Virus record (IMG/VR): IMGVR_UViG_3300020045_004268
Span: 1-55,768 of that record
From: a virus
Taxonomy: Duplodnaviria > Caudoviricetes
Direction: 5' to 3' (one strand)
Length of the DNA: 55,768 nucleotides
Numbering within the stretch: position 1 is the stretch's first letter; each line of letters starts with the position of its first letter. Shown here one piece after another: positions 37,664-46,971 of this stretch. The notes under the pieces are model-generated. The model worked only from the letters and a program-made list of their open reading frames with translations, did not search any database and was not told where the DNA came from. A program made the translations under genes and the position numbers.

Positions 37664-37858
37664 TTAATATGGGGTTTCAAGACGTATTGATATATCAATC
37701 TCAACCCCTACTGAGTTAAACGCTTCAATAGCCTTTTTAACATTCTCAAAGTGTATTGGAGAAACATTCCTTTTTTCTGAAATACCCACCAATTCATCTA
37801 TGAAATCATTCATACCAAATCTTTCAGGGTCTTGCGACATTGTAGTAAGTGCTGGCAT
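37664..37858 (-). CDS. Hypothetical protein between tube and chaperone
   Basis: 64 aa, ATG after A-rich leader. Confidence 0.5.
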   Translation of the reverse strand: MPALTTMSQDPERFGMNDFIDELVGISEKRNVSPIHFENVKKAIEAFNSVGVEIDISIRLETPY

Positions 37859-37865
37859 GGTTTAG

Positions 37866-38267
37866 TTATATTTTTTCAAGGTTTTCACACGCCACTTTAA
37901 GGGTAAAAGTACCGGCGTTGCTATCCTCCTGTATGTCCCCTACCGGACGGCCTTTGCCTTTAAGTATTTTGCCGTTAAGTAGTGAGAATGTCCAATTACC
38001 TAAATCGGGGTGTGCGGATAGTTTGGCGGCATCAATTAATGATTGCCCATCCGTGTCTATTGCTACAGGGCATTCAAAGCTGCCTCTAACACGGTTTAAC
38101 TGGCTCATCAATTGCCCATTTGTCGTTACCTGGTTTGCATCGTCATTGGCACGAACACCCCCCATATCAATAGTAGCACTTTCATTTGACTTAGGAAAGA
38201 ACCTGAAGTCTCCTAATGTGTGCTGACATACGATTTCATCAACATCACCAAAAGAAAAATTTGCCAT
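37866..38267 (-). CDS. Tail tube protein
   Basis: 133 aa directly after sheath. Confidence 0.75.
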   Translation of the reverse strand: MANFSFGDVDEIVCQHTLGDFRFFPKSNESATIDMGGVRANDDANQVTTNGQLMSQLNRVRGSFECPVAIDTDGQSLIDAAKLSAHPDLGNWTFSLLNGKILKGKGRPVGDIQEDSNAGTFTLKVACENLEKI

Positions 38268-38286
38268 AATCTGTTTTGTTTTTTAG

Positions 38287-39807
38287 TTAAAATCCGGCTT
38301 CTACATCGGTGCTTTCTATACGGGCAATACCTGTCCTCTTATACCTGAAGAAAGTTTCAAACCTGTTAGGGTTAGTAGTGCTTATTTGCACCTGTAAACT
38401 GTCTTTCGAGAATTGAGGGTCGTTGATTAACGCACTTTCAGCAAGTTCATCAAATATGCCGTTAACAATACCTTTCCATTCACGGGGCTTAATAGCACCG
38501 GATACGGATACGGTTTGGTTGTCCTGCACCAATGTCCTGTCCTTAAGGAATATCCTTTCGCTTGTAGAATAGTAGTCTTTTACATTCCAGTCAAGGTTAA
38601 GGTTACGCGCATAAGAATATTGCAACGGCACTTCTCCATCAGGGTGGTAAGTGGTTACTAAATCCTGTATCTTGTAAACACCGGCATCCAGTATAACAGT
38701 AGAACACCCGTCTTTTACAAGCGCATCACGGTCGTTATAATTCGCCATATCCCCAATATTGCCGCTGCTTGGCACTGGCATATCAGGATAAGACTTCCCA
38801 TTTACATCACGGTGTGGGCTATTTTGAGCCACAACAGAGAATAATGCAATAACGTTTGCCGCTGCCTCCCAGCTAAAACCTGCTGAGTTTGGAGCAGGGC
38901 AAAGAACGTTTGTCACTTGCTCCACACGTGCCGCTGCATCGGTTATTGCTACCAACCCTGTACGTGTGCTTAGTTTACTGCCGAAAAACGCCATAAACGG
39001 CTTAAAAATAAGCCCTGACCATCTTCCTGTAGGCGTGTCAGGGTCAGGATAACCATTAAACTGCTCGAAAGCGGCTAATTGTGATGTTCCGTATGGGTTT
39101 GTAACAAGCGTATACCAGTCATCGCCAAATTGGCTAAAGCTGTTTGCAAGGTCTACCGTACCCGCACCGTCTGTGCTTGTGGTTTGCGAATAGCTTAACC
39201 CTGCCGCATTGTTAGCAGTATCGATTGTAACGTTAAACTCAGCACTTGTAGCGCCTTTCCACTTTGTTGTGAATGTTGCTACTGCTACAGCCGCCGCCGC
39301 CGTTGCTGGTGCGCCTAATACAGCAGTCATAGCATCACGCATTTTTGCCGCTACAAGTGTAGGCGTGTCACCCACCACAACGTCAAATGAATATGATTTA
39401 AAATCCAGGCTTGTACGCCCATTTACAACAAGGTAATGTGTTGCGTTAGCCGTTGCCGTTCCTGTTACAGTCCACGCCCTTACAGTTGCGGTAGCTGCAC
39501 CATCGGTTACCTGCGGGAAAACGATAACCGGTATACCCCCTACACCATCACCACTAACAGGAAATAGTAATCGTAATTGATGGTCAATAGGGCTTCCGTA
39601 ACCCCAAATATTAGCCCCTTCTGACCTACTTGTCACTTGCCTTTTTGCAGCCGTTAGCCCTGACTGATTAGCCGTGTTTGCCTCGCCGAAAACGGCTATA
39701 AGCTGAGGCAGATAAACTATATCATTATTAAAGTTGCCTTTTTTAAGTTTATAGCCACTAACACGGGAAATACGGTCTAAGCCTACAGCCGTTGATATTG
39801 TTGCCAT
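38287..39807 (-). CDS. Tail sheath protein (Mu gpL-like)
   Basis: WGYGSP, TTKWKG, GAGT.D, R..L...G.ST, DLVTTY, NPNR. Confidence 0.88.
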   Translation of the reverse strand: MATISTAVGLDRISRVSGYKLKKGNFNNDIVYLPQLIAVFGEANTANQSGLTAAKRQVTSRSEGANIWGYGSPIDHQLRLLFPVSGDGVGGIPVIVFPQVTDGAATATVRAWTVTGTATANATHYLVVNGRTSLDFKSYSFDVVVGDTPTLVAAKMRDAMTAVLGAPATAAAAVAVATFTTKWKGATSAEFNVTIDTANNAAGLSYSQTTSTDGAGTVDLANSFSQFGDDWYTLVTNPYGTSQLAAFEQFNGYPDPDTPTGRWSGLIFKPFMAFFGSKLSTRTGLVAITDAAARVEQVTNVLCPAPNSAGFSWEAAANVIALFSVVAQNSPHRDVNGKSYPDMPVPSSGNIGDMANYNDRDALVKDGCSTVILDAGVYKIQDLVTTYHPDGEVPLQYSYARNLNLDWNVKDYYSTSERIFLKDRTLVQDNQTVSVSGAIKPREWKGIVNGIFDELAESALINDPQFSKDSLQVQISTTNPNRFETFFRYKRTGIARIESTDVEAGF

Positions 39808-39813
39808 GTTTTT

Positions 39814-40416
39814 TTAGTTATTAAAAGTTAATTTGAAACCTTTGTTTGTATTTTCAAGATTTACCATAGTGTCATTACCCATTAAAGGTATGCCATCCCA
39901 CAAGTCCTGAGCTTCATTTACGGCTACGTTTACGGTTATCCTACCAAATTTAAGGTAGGCCGCATCCATACGCCCTGAATTAGGGTCTTGTTGCAGGTTA
40001 TTTACAGATACACGCCCAACTAACGGTGATGTAAAGCCTAATTGTTTGTATTTGGTGCTACAAAGTATATACCTTATAATTCCCAAATACCTGTTTATCT
40101 TCATTTTGCTTGCCTCACTGCCTGTAGAAGCGTTTGTTTCTTCACCCCGGCAATAAACATCTACGTAATATGTAACATTTCCTTGTGTACCTCCCTGTGT
40201 TTGCCCCTGAAAGTCAATTGAATTTAGCGATACATTGATTAAAACGTCCTCGCTTTTGTCGTAAGGGTACATTCTTTCAACGTATACTTCAACCTCATCA
40301 GTAAAAGACTGTATTGTAACCTGATTTGTAATTTCCTCAAACAATATGGCTCCGAGCTTGTTTAATACAATCTCGAAGCCTTGTTGTGGAATTATTTCTG
40401 TTATCACTACCGCCAT
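39814..40416 (-). CDS. Tail terminator/neck protein
   Basis: Position upstream of sheath. Confidence 0.6.
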   Translation of the reverse strand: MAVVITEIIPQQGFEIVLNKLGAILFEEITNQVTIQSFTDEVEVYVERMYPYDKSEDVLINVSLNSIDFQGQTQGGTQGNVTYYVDVYCRGEETNASTGSEASKMKINRYLGIIRYILCSTKYKQLGFTSPLVGRVSVNNLQQDPNSGRMDAAYLKFGRITVNVAVNEAQDLWDGIPLMGNDTMVNLENTNKGFKLTFNN

Positions 40417-40419
40417 TTC

Positions 40420-40803
40420 TTAAGGTTTAAAGTCACCCAAAATAAGGGTTATTAAGCCTAAAGTTTCATCAGGCATATTCTCGGTTACAACATAGTTTTT
40501 AGAAACCCCTGTGCTGTCTGCATAAGCTACAAAGTGCCTTAATAGGTGTACTTCATTCTTAAGATTCCTAACAGGGTAACCAGCCTCAACTAAAATGTTT
40601 TCATCAATGGTAATATGTACCGTTTTTGAGTTAACAGGATTACCGTCAAGGTCAAAACCTAAGTTATGTTTTGAAGCCAAACCAGTAAGCGAAAGTGTGG
40701 TAGACTTATCAGGGGTCATTAAAACAATGCTTTCCTGAAAACCTAAACTTGTAGTGATACGCTTTGCGTCCCTTTTCGCTAATTCTAATATCGCTCCACC
40801 CAT
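40420..40803 (-). CDS. Head closure/head-tail adaptor (gpFII-like)
   Basis: Position; PDETLG.I.LIL. Confidence 0.6.
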   Translation of the reverse strand: MGGAILELAKRDAKRITTSLGFQESIVLMTPDKSTTLSLTGLASKHNLGFDLDGNPVNSKTVHITIDENILVEAGYPVRNLKNEVHLLRHFVAYADSTGVSKNYVVTENMPDETLGLITLILGDFKP

Positions 40804-40806
40804 AAC

Positions 40807-41052
40807 TTACTTTTCTTTACGTTGAGTTTTAGACTTAGGCAAAATAACACCTTTAACGTCCTCTTCTTCTTCCTGCCCTTCATCAACAACGTCTGCCGCT
40901 TCTTCTTCATCAAAAGGAACTATAAAGCCCTGGTTAACGAGTTCAAAAGCATTTCCGTTCAACTGCCCTTCATCAACAACGTCGCCGAATTTAGCAACGA
41001 CGTTGTTTTTAAGTTGATGGGCTATTACCTGTACTTTATACTTCTTTTCCAT
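40807..41052 (-). CDS. Small head-associated protein (gpFI-like position)
   Basis: Y.V.....GDVV......LV.QGFI; acidic then basic tail. Confidence 0.6.
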   Translation of the reverse strand: MEKKYKVQVIAHQLKNNVVAKFGDVVDEGQLNGNAFELVNQGFIVPFDEEEAADVVDEGQEEEEDVKGVILPKSKTQRKEK

Positions 41053-42137
41053 TATGCAAATACTTTCATGGTGTATATACGGTCAACGGTAGTCGGAAGC
41101 ACGATAGGAGCAGACGACATTTTAAGACCGCTTGAAAGCGTTCTATCGTCATAAAAAGCCCTTATCAAAAATTCAGCTTCAACGGCCGTAGGTATTTTTG
41201 TACCCTCGCCGCCGATAGTGGCATCTTTCATACCCGGCAATGCGCCGAATACTGTTTTGCCCTGGAAGTTAGCAGGAAGCAAAATAACGTTACCCTCATC
41301 AAGATAATATTGGTCTTCTTCGTTCTCATCTTCGTAAATCTCATCGTAAGACCATAGGTTTACCCTGAAATCCCCGGCAGCAATTTGCCCGTTAAATGTA
41401 AAGCCGGTAGCATCATTAAATTCAGGGAATCCAATATTTACCCTTTCAATCCAACGGTAATCACCGCCCTCTTTTATCTCATCAGAAGCCAATAGCGCCT
41501 GAATAGCGGTGCTACGCCCGATAAGGTTCATAACGTTGCCTGTAGCCGTGCCTGTTTGCCTAAGAAACACACCGCCCTTTGCTATATCGGCAAGCGGCGT
41601 AGCGGTTGTAGCGTTATTCCAGTAAGTACTGCCGCCTGTGGTTACGTCTACCATTGATGCGGCCTTACGACGGAAATCAATGTTATCGCCGTTTATAAGC
41701 GTTACGATGCCTGTCTGTAGAACCTGAGACTGTTGTAGGCGTATAGAACGCTCAATCATATTGCGCTGCTCACGTAGGTTGTCTACAGCGTTTTGGGCTA
41801 TCATTGCGTTACCCATTGCTGAGTTAAGTGTACCCATTTCAAGAGAACGCATGTAAATTTCATCCCGGTTAAAATAGTACTCGAGTTCGTAATATGGTGG
41901 CAGGTACTTGTTTTCTGTCATTTTAGACATTTTAGTAGCCTTACCCTCGGTAAAACGCTGTACGTCTACCGCTACTTTACGGCTACCCCTCCTTACACGA
42001 ATATCCACGTAAAAAGACGGTGTAGTCTCACGGGGAAACCATTGCGAAAAGCCTTCCGCTACCGTGATTGTTTCATCAAATGCCCCAACAACTTTTGAAG
42101 TCATTAAGCCGGTGTGTTCAATAATGCTAATTGCCAT
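41052..42137 (-). CDS. Major capsid protein (lambda gpE family)
   Basis: WFP, PPY, IDF.R, W.....PLADI, SAP..LP. Confidence 0.9.
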   Translation of the reverse strand: MAISIIEHTGLMTSKVVGAFDETITVAEGFSQWFPRETTPSFYVDIRVRRGSRKVAVDVQRFTEGKATKMSKMTENKYLPPYYELEYYFNRDEIYMRSLEMGTLNSAMGNAMIAQNAVDNLREQRNMIERSIRLQQSQVLQTGIVTLINGDNIDFRRKAASMVDVTTGGSTYWNNATTATPLADIAKGGVFLRQTGTATGNVMNLIGRSTAIQALLASDEIKEGGDYRWIERVNIGFPEFNDATGFTFNGQIAAGDFRVNLWSYDEIYEDENEEDQYYLDEGNVILLPANFQGKTVFGALPGMKDATIGGEGTKIPTAVEAEFLIRAFYDDRTLSSGLKMSSAPIVLPTTVDRIYTMKVFA

Positions 42138-42139
42138 GA

Positions 42140-42913
42140 TTAGTTTCCGTAGTTTGATAGCTCGGTTACGTTTTTAACAACGAAGCCTATGCCGGTTAAT
42201 ATATCTTTTACTGCTTTGCTGCCAATAATTGAATTAACAGTAAGTCCATCAGGCAAAATAAGCAACGTGGAATCAATATCCCCGCTTAAAGCATAGTTTG
42301 CCGGTAGTGTTGCGCCGTTTGCCATTTCGTTTATCCCTTCTATTTTAAGAAGTCCTATCGTGTTGGCTATGGTAGCCGCTGTTGCTGGGCTAAAACCGTT
42401 TACAGTACCGGCTGTACCGGCTGTAGTTGTAATTGTAGGCGCTGTGCCTGTGCCTGTGGCTGCAAGGTTTGTAACGTTACCTACGGCAGTAGCGGTAAAC
42501 ACTACAGTGTCATCAGAAGCGTCATCTAAAACAGCACTTGTAGACCATCCTGTAAGAGTACCTGAGTATGCACCCGTAGCTGTTCCTGCGCCTGTAGTTG
42601 CCCCGGCTGCAAGGTTAGCAAATGCGGCTGCAAGCTGAGCGGTTGTAGTTGCTCCTGTAGACGTGTATGTAAGACCGCCTAATATCATTGTTTGCCCGGC
42701 AGTAAGCGCCGTGCCAAACTCAACTGATGCTACTTCAAATGTTCCTGCGTTCCTTACTACAGGTATACCGTTTTTAGCATCAATTGTTTCGCCTATGTTG
42801 TTTACAAAAACACCTTCCTCATACCTGTTACCGTAAAGGAATATGTTTTCAACAGTGTAGTCAACCGTACTTTGGTTACGGGTGACACCTCTTTGTTTTG
42901 CGTATATTGCCAT
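42140..42913 (-). CDS. Head decoration protein (gpD-like) with Thr/Ala/Gly-rich insertion
   Basis: Between protease and MCP. Confidence 0.65.
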   Translation of the reverse strand: MAIYAKQRGVTRNQSTVDYTVENIFLYGNRYEEGVFVNNIGETIDAKNGIPVVRNAGTFEVASVEFGTALTAGQTMILGGLTYTSTGATTTAQLAAAFANLAAGATTGAGTATGAYSGTLTGWSTSAVLDDASDDTVVFTATAVGNVTNLAATGTGTAPTITTTAGTAGTVNGFSPATAATIANTIGLLKIEGINEMANGATLPANYALSGDIDSTLLILPDGLTVNSIIGSKAVKDILTGIGFVVKNVTELSNYGN

Positions 42914-42916
42914 TTC

Positions 42917-44176
42917 TTATTTAAGGTTAAAGTCAAAAGCGGCTACGGCTTCTGCGCTGGTTTCTTTTTCTTTTCCTACTACAACCGGGGCTGCGCCTGT
43001 TTGTAGTGCCGGTGCATTATCACCTTGCAGGGCTTGAAGCTGGTTAAATGACATCATTTTAATCATTAACCCCTCACGTTGAGACGGCGAAATATCTTTC
43101 CCGCTCGAAATACCCTCAGCAACCGCCTTAGCATCTGCTTCCTGGTATGCCATCCATGAAGCTACACGCTCCCTTTCGGCTGTTACACCCTCTGAATGAA
43201 CTTCCGAAAACAGTTCAGGGTGCGTACTTTTTAGTTCATTTCTGTTCATTTTTACACTATTTTGTGAGCTGCTAAAGCTCGGTTTAAAATTAATTTCATC
43301 AATCAAAAGGTTAACCACCTCATTAAAACTTGCGATGCCATCGATAAAAGTACCGATAGCATCCTTTGAAAAAACCGTATGGCCGTTATCGTAATTGCTT
43401 CCTAAAAGTTGCGGCCTGTCTTCTAACATTCCATTTAAGAAGTTCTCATTTATCGGGTCAAGAAGTTCATTTATTATAAGTTCGTAGTTATCGTTGTTCA
43501 AAGCCTCTTCAAAAGCCTTGTTCTTCATTGTTGACTTTGAGGCGTAAATACGTATATGCTTTGTTCCATCTTCTGCAACTGTATTGGCGGCACGTCCATC
43601 AAATTCAATCATTGTTCCGGCACTACCAACTACATTCATTTTATGCTCTGAATATATCTTACGGGTTGGGGTTAGAATACCGTAGGCAGCAGAAGCGGCC
43701 ATTCCACCTTTTTTTATAACTCCGTAAACCGGCTTTGTCTTATCTATTTCACGTATGGCATCTTTCATTGTATCGACCGCACCGCTTGCGCCACCCCCTG
43801 AATTAGTAAGAATGATAAAACCCTTAATACGGTCGTCAGAAGCCATTTGATACATTAACTGGCTCAATTGCTCCATCCCTACAGTTGAGTTTCCCCCGCT
43901 TAAAGTAATAGCGCCATTTATATTTATAAGCCCAATACCATCAAATTTGTCGTTATTATCAAGTTGCCCAGGAACCCACTCGTTGCCATAAGGACGGCTT
44001 ATAATTCGTGTTTCGCTGTTCACTTCAAGTATGCAAGGCGTATTGTATTTAATTTCAGGAACTTCCAGCATAACGCCACGGCTTAATGCTTTTTGTATTC
44101 CTAAAAGTCCGTTTATAGATGCTGCATCGACAAACCACGGATTACCATATATTTCCTTTGCAAGTGCGAAATTCAT
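42917..44176 (-). CDS. S49 prohead protease with C-terminal scaffold (gpC/Nu3-like)
   Basis: NSGGG, MAASAAY, VGSAG; internal MNRNELKSTHPEL...AERER. Confidence 0.88.
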   Translation of the reverse strand: MNFALAKEIYGNPWFVDAASINGLLGIQKALSRGVMLEVPEIKYNTPCILEVNSETRIISRPYGNEWVPGQLDNNDKFDGIGLININGAITLSGGNSTVGMEQLSQLMYQMASDDRIKGFIILTNSGGGASGAVDTMKDAIREIDKTKPVYGVIKKGGMAASAAYGILTPTRKIYSEHKMNVVGSAGTMIEFDGRAANTVAEDGTKHIRIYASKSTMKNKAFEEALNNDNYELIINELLDPINENFLNGMLEDRPQLLGSNYDNGHTVFSKDAIGTFIDGIASFNEVVNLLIDEINFKPSFSSSQNSVKMNRNELKSTHPELFSEVHSEGVTAERERVASWMAYQEADAKAVAEGISSGKDISPSQREGLMIKMMSFNQLQALQGDNAPALQTGAAPVVVGKEKETSAEAVAAFDFNLK

Positions 44177-44296
44177 TTATTGTCTGTTTAAGGTTAAAAC
44201 AAAAAAAGCACCTACCGCTTTATGCAGATAGGTGCCTTATTAATATTTTAGGGTGCTGTACATCTTCATACAGGTGTTTTGTTGATAGCAAATATA
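44177..44296 (-). promoter_or_regulatory. Late promoter with attenuator-like leader
   Basis: TATATTTG at 44296-44289; GGCACCTA...TAGGTGCT-T run before protease. Confidence 0.6.
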
Positions 44297-44324
44297 CAAT
44301 TATTTTCTATTGTTCAATACATTA

Positions 44325-44357
44325 CAAAAAAAAGCGTCCCTTTTTAAAGAAACGCTT
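44325..44357 (-). terminator. Terminator after lysis cassette
   Basis: AAGCGTTTCTTT-AA-AAAGGGACGCTT then T run. Confidence 0.65.
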
Positions 44358-44428
44358 CAATTTTCTAACCCAAATCAACAAAATAATTACTTATGAAATA
44401 CCTTTTACAGTTACAATAGTACGAAATA

Positions 44429-44899
44429 TTATTTAAGTTTTTCAACTATGGTATTAATAATTGCAGATTGCTTATTTATTGACCTGTATAGGAAAAACAA
44501 AAAAAGCCCACCTAATAAAACAATTACCCCGCCAATGGCATAAATAATAGTCGGGTCAAAACGATACTGTTCTACTTTTTCTTTCGTGCTGCTATCCTGC
44601 TGAATGTCTTTTGTATACTTCAAAATATCGCTTATAGCTGATGCAAAGCATTCCGTTTGGCTTATGTTACCGTTACTGTCATAAACGGTTTTCAGTGTTG
44701 TCCCCTGCCTGTTTACGGTGTATACAGTGGTGTCTTTAACGTGCAATACCGTCTTATATGCAACAGTGTCCCCTTTGCGGGTTGTAGTTCGCTCTAAGGC
44801 CTCCTGTGTATCGGTGCTGTCTTTTGTTTTTGATACTTCACGCTGTATGTCGCATGACCATATTGCCGACATCAGAAAAAAGGCTATTAAATACTTCAT
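44429..44899 (-). CDS. Probable unimolecular spanin
   Basis: Lipoprotein signal (MKYLIAFFLMSAIWS-C) plus C-terminal TM, downstream of endolysin. Confidence 0.7.
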   Translation of the reverse strand: MKYLIAFFLMSAIWSCDIQREVSKTKDSTDTQEALERTTTRKGDTVAYKTVLHVKDTTVYTVNRQGTTLKTVYDSNGNISQTECFASAISDILKYTKDIQQDSSTKEKVEQYRFDPTIIYAIGGVIVLLGGLFLFFLYRSINKQSAIINTIVEKLK

Positions 44900-45036
44900 G
44901 GTATGTATTTGCTTTTAGCGTTTATCCAACTCTTAGGATAAATATTTTTGTAGATATTAAAGTTCAACAAATCAGGAAGTCCAATTATTGTAACCCCAAT
45001 TTGCATGTATACGGTGGCAATTAGTTTTCTTATCAT
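44896..45036 (-). CDS. 46-aa peptide in lysis cassette
   Basis: MIRKLIATVYMQIGVTIIGLPDLL...; ATGA overlaps at both ends. Confidence 0.5.
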   Translation of the reverse strand: MIRKLIATVYMQIGVTIIGLPDLLNFNIYKNIYPKSWINAKSKYIP

Positions 45037-45449
45037 GCCAGTTCAAAGTGTGGCGGGTCATACGGTTTTTTCCAGTCAATGCCCCTGATTATTTTAATGC
45101 CTAACTCTTTGGCAACCGATGCCACATGGTCTGCCAGTTCCCGCTGTTTCATATTAAGCTCAGCGGCCTGTTTCCCCGTAATTCCTGAACCCGTCTGTAC
45201 TTTACCATTATAGTATGGGTAAATATCTACAGCGTGCCCTATTTGGTGCTTAGACTTCTTTATATACCCATCCTTAGTAGTTGCTTTAGGATTCGCTTTA
45301 TAAATGGCGTTTTGCTCGGCTGCAGTACGTAAACCATACACTACCGTAAAGTCTACAGGCGTTTCTTTAATCGCCTCTTTTATTAGCCTAACCATATCAG
45401 GGTGTACGCCTATTAGTTTATCCAGGCTTCGTGTGCTAAGTTGTGCCAT
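45033..45449 (-). CDS. Endolysin, M15 L-Ala-D-Glu peptidase (T5-like)
   Basis: S.RS...L.GVHPD, GLRT..EQ, SKH..GHAVD, D.PHFEL. Confidence 0.92.
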   Translation of the reverse strand: MAQLSTRSLDKLIGVHPDMVRLIKEAIKETPVDFTVVYGLRTAAEQNAIYKANPKATTKDGYIKKSKHQIGHAVDIYPYYNGKVQTGSGITGKQAAELNMKQRELADHVASVAKELGIKIIRGIDWKKPYDPPHFELA

Positions 45450-45535
45450 TATGCATAATATTTTATTAGTTCATCTACAATTTGGTAAGACAGCGAAACT
45501 ATCCACGCCTGTACCATGTAATATAATATTCTCAT
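45449..45535 (-). CDS. 28-aa hydrophobic peptide
   Basis: MRILYYMVQAWIVSLSYQIVDELIKYYA; coupled at both ends. Confidence 0.45.
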   Translation of the reverse strand: MRILYYMVQAWIVSLSYQIVDELIKYYA

Positions 45536-45843
45536 TTGAATATTGCTTTTAGTTTGATTAATGCCCAGTCTGCCATAAAGGCAAGGAACTGACCAACTTT
45601 AAATTTATAAATCATGTAGCTTACAATTTGGTCGCCAGTCCATACAACTACGCCTACCGATAGGCTTACCCATGCGGGCTTTACATTATCTAGTATTACG
45701 GGGTAAAACAGGTAGCTTATGCCGAGTGCAGATATAAACGACAAAACGACGTTTAGAAGTGTTATTTTATTCTTTTTGCTTTCCACGATTAGCCTAAGTG
45801 TTACGGCTATTGATGCCGCTACTATCATTGGTAGCAACTTCAT
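45532..45843 (-). CDS. Probable holin (3 TM)
   Basis: Likely start MKLLP at 45843; three hydrophobic segments before endolysin. Confidence 0.65.
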   Translation of the reverse strand: MKLLPMIVAASIAVTLRLIVESKKNKITLLNVVLSFISALGISYLFYPVILDNVKPAWVSLSVGVVVWTGDQIVSYMIYKFKVGQFLAFMADWALIKLKAIFK

Positions 45844-46213
45844 TAGCCCGGTTAGTAATTCGCTTAATACGTCTTTGCCTGTATAAAGCAAAGCTAACGA
45901 TAGCAATAGTAAAGAACAATTCATTTAACTGTAGTTTTGTAGGATTACCTAATGTTTCATCATATAGTTTATTTACCGATAAACACAAAGCAACTATTGG
46001 GGTAAAATCACTGCTTAAAGTAACTATTTTATTTTTTATTACAAGATACAGAAACAAAAGTATTAAAAAATAAACCAATGCCCAACTTGTGTAGTAGGCA
46101 TTAAAGGATAATCCATTATTCTCAGAAAATCCCTTTTGGGTAAAAAAAAGGTCGGCTAATACGCCTAAGCACATAGCCAACCATAAAATGAAGTATCTTT
46201 TTAATTCTCCCAT
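45794..46213 (-). CDS. Multi-pass membrane protein
   Basis: About 4 TM; LYDE..GNP..LQLNE. Confidence 0.7.
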   Translation of the reverse strand: MGELKRYFILWLAMCLGVLADLFFTQKGFSENNGLSFNAYYTSWALVYFLILLFLYLVIKNKIVTLSSDFTPIVALCLSVNKLYDETLGNPTKLQLNELFFTIAIVSFALYRQRRIKRITNRANEVATNDSSGINSRNT

Positions 46214-46371
46214 TATCCCCTGTCATTAGGACGGCCACCTATAAAATAGCCATTAAGGTAAACACTAACTGTTGAAAATGTAGGCGTATTTGCCATAGAT
46301 ATTAAAGCATTTTTTTGCGCTGGCGTTACATCGCCATCCGATGTAATGTCTAAGTGTTTTGCTGCTGCCAT
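46213..46371 (-). CDS. 52-aa peptide ending FIGGRPNDRG
   Basis: Hand-translated; TAATG coupling to downstream membrane gene. Confidence 0.6.
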   Translation of the reverse strand: MAAAKHLDITSDGDVTPAQKNALISMANTPTFSTVSVYLNGYFIGGRPNDRG

Positions 46372-46372
46372 T

Positions 46373-46600
46373 TTATTTCTGATTTTCTGTTAATTGTTGA
46401 ATAACCTCATCTTTTTTTGTCGTGCCTGTGCTTGCCCCAAAGTAGTAAGAGTTAACTACTGACATAGTACCGACTACCGCAATTATTATTTGCGGGTCAG
46501 GCTTAACGTGGGAGAACAAACAAACGAAGTAGTAAGCGAAGCCCATTATATTTACGAACGCCGCTAAAATTGGCTTAATGTTGTCTTGCAGTGTTTTCAT
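46373..46600 (-). CDS. Small 2-TM protein (holin-like)
   Basis: V.SYYFGAS.G..KKD motif. Confidence 0.65.
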   Translation of the reverse strand: MKTLQDNIKPILAAFVNIMGFAYYFVCLFSHVKPDPQIIIAVVGTMSVVNSYYFGASTGTTKKDEVIQQLTENQK

Positions 46601-46971
46601 TTACCGAATATTTTACCGCCCCATTTCCATAAGGCTAAATTAAACAATAGTATCAGTATGGATGCAATCCACATCCATCTGCCGACTGCTACAAACGAAA
46701 GCACAAAGGCAGCTACCACACCCGAAATAAGCGCACGTATTATCTCCTGCTTATCGTTAGCCCATGTATGCCCTGATTGTAGCCAGTTAAAGCCAAATTG
46801 CGGCAATGCGGCTAACACACCGAATAAGCTACATCCAACTGTGTATTGCCATTGTTCAACCCCCTGCATGCTTTCAGAACCCTTAAATACGAATACGATT
46901 AGCAGTGCCGCCCATAGCCCGTTAAGGCAGTTTATTATTTTTGTTCTCATAGTTTTTATATTAAGGCGCAA
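46597..46971 (-). CDS. 4-TM membrane protein
   Basis: Four hydrophobic segments. Confidence 0.6.
   Translation of the reverse strand: MRLNIKTMRTKIINCLNGLWAALLIVFVFKGSESMQGVEQWQYTVGCSLFGVLAALPQFGFNWLQSGHTWANDKQEIIRALISGVVAAFVLSFVAVGRWMWIASILILLFNLALWKWGGKIFGK

Noticed and set aside
37849-38226. 125-aa plus-strand ORF over tail tube
   Set aside because: Antisense shadow
26828-40416. Extracellular contractile injection system or tailocin
   Set aside because: Full capsid, portal, terminase and replication genes are present, so it is a phage
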